From Eledone cirrhosa (lineage: Eukaryota): DNA of 64,000 bases. The notes under the pieces are model-generated. The model was not told the DNA's origin and did not search any database. It worked only from the letters and a program-made list of their open reading frames with translations. The position numbers and the translations under genes were made by a program. The DNA lies in assembly GCA_964016885.1 (NCBI GenBank), contig OZ024762.1:5394001-5458000 (forward strand), in the 5' to 3' direction. Shown here piece after piece: positions 57,831 through 64,000 of the stretch (its first letter is position 1; every line of letters starts with the position of its first letter).

Positions 57831-59056
57831 TTTTACACTGTAGCTTTCACCAACTTTTACCTCTATGGCAGTAGGATCTTGTTTGAGGGAGATTTGTTTT
57901 CTATTTCTTTTAGGTACACCAACAGTTATAGTGGCTTCTATGACATACATACATACATACACACACATGCATGTGTGTGGGTTTGTGTGTGTAAGACTGT
58001 TCGCTGTGATTTGAAATGGATTTTGCTCATATTTCTAGTAGATGGAGGTGTCACATACAACCTTTCCTTTTTGCTTCATATATATATATAGTTATGGAGG
58101 CACATGGCATAGTGGTTAGAGCATTGGCCTTGCAATCGAAAGGTTGTGAGTTCAATTCTCAGACCGGGTGATGTGTTGTTTCCTTGAGCAAGACACTTTA
58201 TTTCACATTGCTCCAGTTTACTCAGCTGTAGAAATGAGATGATAGGACTGGGGTCCATATCATTCTACTGCAAAGTGGATGTGTAGGCGCCACGGCAAAA
58301 AAGCACCCAGCACTCACTGTAAATGAGGTTGGTGTTAGGAAGGGCATCCAGCTGTAGAAATCAAGCCAAAAATCAGTTCCTGTCCCACCCTTGCAAGCAG
58401 GGAAAAGCGGACGTAAAATGAAATGATGAAATGATAATGATGATATATATATATACATACATGAGACAGTAGACTGGGATATATATATATATATACATAC
58501 ATACATGAGACAGTAGACTGGGATATATATGTCTCTAACTTAAGTACGGTGATAAACACATACACACACACACTTGCCTCTAATATAAGAACACTGAGAC
58601 ACACATGCACATGTGTGCACACACACAGACTCCTTATGACTTTTGTGGAAGAGAGAGAGAAAGAGAAGTAACGTTAAGAAGCATTTAATAAATAAATAAA
58701 AGTTATCGAACTATGCTATCATTTTTGTTTTCTTTCTCTCTCTTCCCTAATCCCCCCCCCCTCTCTTTCTCTACAGAATGAAGAACAAAAAAACAAGTTG
58801 TGGGAGGAGGAAGGGGAGTATTGGAAGGGAGGGTTTAATGTCCCCAGGGGTTTCATTATTGATTTTTATTGAAATCCAATTAGCCAGTCCTGTTTCTGAA
58901 TATTAGCTTAAACCGTGTGTAAAGTTTCATCTGGATTGAATCACTGGTTTAAATGCCAACTGGTTACACACAGACAGACAGAAATTGCCATTTATATAGT
59001 AGATTTCTGGCAATATTGTAACAATATGACACTCCCCAAATATAACTATATATATT

Positions 59057-60120
59057 CTAGCAGCAGGGCCCGGCGTTGCACGGGGTAGGAAACGTGTAAT
59101 AGCAACATGCATATGCAAAGATTGAGGAATGTAGCTGTGAACTTTTTGAATTCCCTTATTCTCAGGGAATGATTGTTCATCTATTGGAAACGTATAACTC
59201 CAGCAGTAGCGGTGTCAAGGGGCTGATTGCGGAAATCCTGTATGCGATAGGAGTAAGTAAGTGCTGTGGGACGATGTATGTTGTAAGTCTGTTCACGGAT
59301 TACGTCACGAATGGGGAACACAGGTCAGTCTGAAGGAGCGACGTAGTCAATTGTATGAAAACCAAGTAGGGATATTGAGATGACGAAATCAGCGTGGCAA
59401 CGCAGCTGCAGCAGAAGGGGGTCATAGTGCAATTAGCACAAACGCTGGGCAGCACTGGTTGCACTGCGTTTACGCAGCGACAAAAGGGGTCACCGCAGAA
59501 TTAGCACAACCGCTTTTTAGCGTACTTGCGCAGGACGTTCATACTGCGGTGTAGGTGCAACAAAAGGGGTCTTAGTAGAACACAGGCATGAGTTTTACGG
59601 TGTCAATAACGCGTCAACGTACACAGGCCCGGATTTGCGCGTGATGAAAGCACGAAGCGTCAACGGGGCGCCGACAAAAAATTTAAGGTCCTCCTCATTT
59701 CCTCAATCCCCCGAAAATGGTCCTGCTTAAAACTAAGTAAGTGTTGTGTCCTGTGGTAAATAAACTAAGTTTTTAACGAAATATTATACGCTACTTACGA
59801 TGTTTAAGTAGCGTTTAGATTGAAAATGAAAATGGCATGTAATGCCCAATGCTAATTCGTAAATTTCCTTGAAACCATTAATGGAATCGAAAATGTTTTT
59901 TGTCCACAGCAATGCGAGGGGACTAACTAATGTGTGTTGCAAATTTCGAGGAAATCGGCTGGATTATCTTTAAGTTACGCCTAAAAAAACCCACTAAAAA
60001 TGCCTAAAAAATGCAGTTTCTTGCCTAATGCGGGCAGAAAAAGTTAAATTTTGTTTAGCCCATTGCACTTCTCGAGTTTTAGGGATTTACACAGACAGAT
60101 ATCCTCTGTTTTATATATAT
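59057..60120 (-). mobile_element. Non-autonomous Helitron-like element
   Basis: CTAG plus GCCCGGCGTTGCACGGG hairpin as at 34302; other end TTCTCGAGTTTTAGGGA..CAGACAGA..CTCTGTTTTA matches 34982-35027. Confidence 0.6.
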
Positions 60121-60134
60121 ATACACATACACAA

Positions 60135-60400
60135 ATGGTCGTATGTTTCCCGGAACTCATCATACATAATGACTGATAAGTGGTCTGCCTATAATCAGCT
60201 TTCTAATCAGCAGTGTGAATCATCCGATTCCATTTCGTCTCTCCAAATAATTTCACTCAGTATAGAAATCACAGTAGACGGAAGTTGTAGAAACACCAAT
60301 TACACGCAGAACTTCTGATTTCGTTGCGAGAAGAGACTAAAGGAGTTTCTGATATATTGGATCATATAACACTATTAAACATATATTTATAAGCATGCAT
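60135..60400 (+). mobile_element. Possible Merlin/ISXO2-like transposase remnant
   Basis: IMTDKWSAYNQL and YTQN resemble the SD.W.AY / HTQ motifs. Confidence 0.35.
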
Positions 60401-61954
60401 GGTCCCGTAACTCTTGAGAGAGTCGTAGGGGCGCCGTATTGACAGAGCTTTTCTAGGGCACATTTTAAACCTGGCAGAGCCCATCTCCAAGTCTGAATAC
60501 AGTAGATTTCTTCCAGAGAACGACAGAGAGTGAGAGAATGGAAGTGAGAAAGAGATATAGAAGAAAATTCGACCCTAGTATTCGACTGGTATTTTTTTAT
60601 CGACATTGAACAGACGAAAAGCAAAGTTGACCTCGACAGGATTTGAACTCAGAGCGCAAAGAGTCGAAACAAATACCGTAAATCATTCTATCCGACATTT
60701 TAACCACTCTGCCAATTCGCGGCCTTTATATTTTTATACAATTATATTTTTAAAAAAAACAAAAAAAAAAACAGTATTAAATATAAATTTTAAAATAATT
60801 ACGATTTATTTCTGAAGAAAAATGAGTTTACAACCGCAATATGAAGGATCGACCTAGATTTATTTTTAAAAAATCGAGATGGTCATGAATGGATTGCCTT
60901 TGTTTATGTTTACTTGATTAGATATTAAACGATATATCTAAGTCACCTTATGTTAAGCTTTTAACAATCTTAAGAACGGAACAAAATCAAAGACATTATC
61001 GATATCTTAAACGTAATGGAACAGTGCTATGAAAATCGATAAATTTATATCAAAACCAATAATATAAAAAAGAAGATTTATTTGTAAATATTTATAAAAA
61101 TGCTGTGGAAACTTCCACAAGTGCCCCAATTAACTCAACTTCTAACAATTAATTTCGTTTTCTACGTTTTGATTGGTCGAAATATTTAACCAATCATATC
61201 CAAGCCGCTCATATTCAATTTGGAGATTTGAAAAAAAATAACAAATAACAAAACAAATTATTGACGTCGTCTTCTCACTGTTTTCACCTTTGGGATTTTA
61301 ATGACTTACTATACCTGTTTAATTAATAGCTTGTTTGTATTTGATTTATTCCAATGAAACCGAAAATGGCATCGAAAGAGAACGACAGGTATGTAGTATA
61401 TATATTTATTTGTATCAAACTGGTTATTCAATTCGAACGAACATTTTGTATATTTTTTTACGAACGAAGTTTTCAAATTTGAATATGTTGTGCCTTTGTT
61501 AGTTGGTGTTTTAGCCCCAGGTTTTCTCAAATCCATGTTTATGTATTGTATATACCTTCTTTCGCTTGTTATATATATACATATATGAGTATATCCATGT
61601 ATATACCTAGGAAGAAGAACCATTTTCCATTCAACGGACACACATATATATATAATGTGTGTGTAGTTGTATTTGCCACGATCAATTTTACTCGATCTTC
61701 CAATTAGTTTATTTGTAATGATTATTTTATACAAACATATAAATAATGGATGATTTTCATGAATAACAATATATATATATATATTAAACTAATATATATT
61801 ATCTGTATAAACTGATGTATATTATCATTGTACTGTATCGTTTTTACCCGTTGACTTTTCACATACACACACATATATGCATATCCACACACACACACAC
61901 ACACACATATATTAATTCAAAATATTAATAAATATAGACATTCATGTAATCAAA

Positions 61955-62024
61955 TATATTTTATTATATATATTTCGGAGGTATAGTGCTGTTTCCTCAG
62001 TACGTCCTCATCAGATAAAATATA
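61955..62024 (-). ncRNA. Type I hammerhead motif (same family as 4435-4504)
   Basis: 10-bp stem I TATATTTTAT/ATAAAATATA, CTGATGA, GGA../..TCC, GAA, ATATATAT, A; host insert 61910-62075 is the reverse complement of ~4383-4555. Confidence 0.72.
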
Positions 62025-62078
62025 TAAATTGATGTATGACATACCTCAACTGTGCTGATGGTTCAATTCCAGTCTTGG

Positions 62079-62119
<41 letters not shown>

Positions 62120-63489
62120 CTATAGAATTCCACTGTTGACTTCGCCATATTGACTTCCTTGTGCCAAATTCAACGCCATGCCAAACATATTTTAAGTGTG
62201 GCATGTCGTTAAAAATATTCTATCACCGTGATCACTAACTGGACTTTCACTATGCTGGGGACAACGCCTTTAGGATTTTCCTTTTTTTAGTCGATCTTAT
62301 TTAGCGACCCGAATACTTTTTTTTTTTCTTTTATTATATGTCTGGTACTTATTTTATCGATCTCTGTCCATCAACATATCGAGACACCACATAGGCAAAA
62401 ACGATGTAAGCGTAAAATCACAACCATCCATATATATATATATATATATATGCACACACACATATATACAGTGGTAGCCATGACTGGACCCCGAAACTTA
62501 AGATCGCGCATGCATGTGAACACACACACACACATGGCACCCTTGGGAAAAGAAAATTCAAAATATCTCGTCTGATTCATTGGATTCATGGCGATCAAGT
62601 TAGGGTTGAAGCTTGTCTATCGGAAAGGTGCGAAATATATATATATATTTTAAATGATATTCTACAGACGTACATTTTTGAATGGGTAGATTACAATTAT
62701 GTTGATGGAATTTTAAAGGAAAGGTTTTATCATATTTTCACTATTTGTAGTAGAAATTACGTCAATTACATTACATTCCTGTATAAAATCTATGACCAGT
62801 ATCCTGATTGATGTTTTATTCATTATCAACATATGATGAAAAATAAATCCAAAAATATTGCTTCCTTCAAACCCGTTAAGTAAAAAAAATTATTTCGCGA
62901 AAGTGTTTTGAAGACCATATTCGTACAAAAACCACAGAGAAAAACATGTCACCCCAGAGCAAAGCGAGTGTAACATTAAAACACGAGAACTCCGAGGGTC
63001 TCCCTCCCTCCCTCAGTTAACTAAAAAAGGACTAATTCTCAGTCTTTTTGAAGGCCACATTCGTTCAAGACATCAACAATTCTATAGAAAAACATAAAGA
63101 CGAGTGTGATTGAATAAATTAACCGAAGCATTAGTTCTTTTTCAAATTTCATCAACACGATCATCGTTATCTCCATCATGGAAAACGTATCTCTAAATGT
63201 TATTAATATACATTAAGCTATTTAGGCCTGGTTAGGGTTCTATCGTCGGTCTGTACCTGTTAATCACACACATATTTCCATCCACCTGTATTTTAAATTT
63301 ACTTGAGAAAAAAAAATACAATAAACGCATTCATTTGCGAAACTATTTTCTATAAGTGAAGCAGTCAGATAGAAAACACAGGCCTTTTGTATCAACGAAG
63401 AACTTGTCAATGATGGTTGATTGTCGTATAGATGGTGGTAGTGGTGGTGGTGACAGTTGTATGGTTATAAAAAAAGCAGGTAAAACCAC

Positions 63490-63507
63490 CTATATATATA
63501 TATATAT

Positions 63508-63563
<56 letters not shown>

Positions 63564-64000
63564 GTATGTATATATATATATATTGTATATATATATATTG
63601 TATATATATACATATTGTGTATATATATACATATTGTGAATATATATACATATTGTGTATATATATACATATTGTATATATATATATATATTGTATATAT
63701 ATACATATTGTGTATATATATATTGTATATATATATATATATTGTATATATATACATATTGTATATATATACATATTGTATATATATACATATTGTATAT
63801 ATATACATATTGTATATATATACATATTGTATATATATACATATTGTATATATATACATATTGTATATATATACATATTGTATATATATACATATTGTAT
63901 ATATTATATATATATATATATTGTATATATATACATATTGTATATATATATATATTGTATATATATACATATTGTATATATATATATATTGTATATATAT
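63490..64000. repeat. (TA)n-derived minisatellite (ATTGTATATATATACAT)
   Basis: Direct reading. Confidence 0.95.

Noticed and set aside
58096-58170. tRNA-like sequence with A and B boxes (also 41163, 43630-43699, 29025-29093)
   Set aside because: No complete acceptor stem; continues into a shared SINE body, so SINE heads rather than tRNA genes

Overview
Repeat-dense, AT-rich animal genomic DNA; the SINE/LINE repertoire and microsatellite load suggest an octopus-like cephalopod (inference). Almost all ORFs in the supplied track are microsatellite artefacts. Two real spliced genes sit head-to-head with ATGs about 455 bp apart. POLR2E/RPB5 is on the minus strand (8 exons, 210 aa, one U12-type minor intron). 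A GPX4/PHGPx selenoprotein is on the plus strand (6 exons, 186 aa, in-frame UGA=Sec, type II SECIS). Just downstream of the SECIS lies a 171-bp-arm near-perfect fold-back in which each arm carries a hammerhead-ribozyme motif. It belongs to a dispersed set of small hammerhead-bearing, (TA)n-associated, often folded-back Penelope-like inserts. The rest is decayed RTE, Tx1/L1, R4/Dong, CRE, Penelope, Tc1/mariner and Helitron elements, two SINE families and minisatellites, plus unique islands at 3.7-21.3 kb that share a recurrent TGTCGTCTG motif. All calls were made by eye with no database searches; repeat boundaries are approximate.
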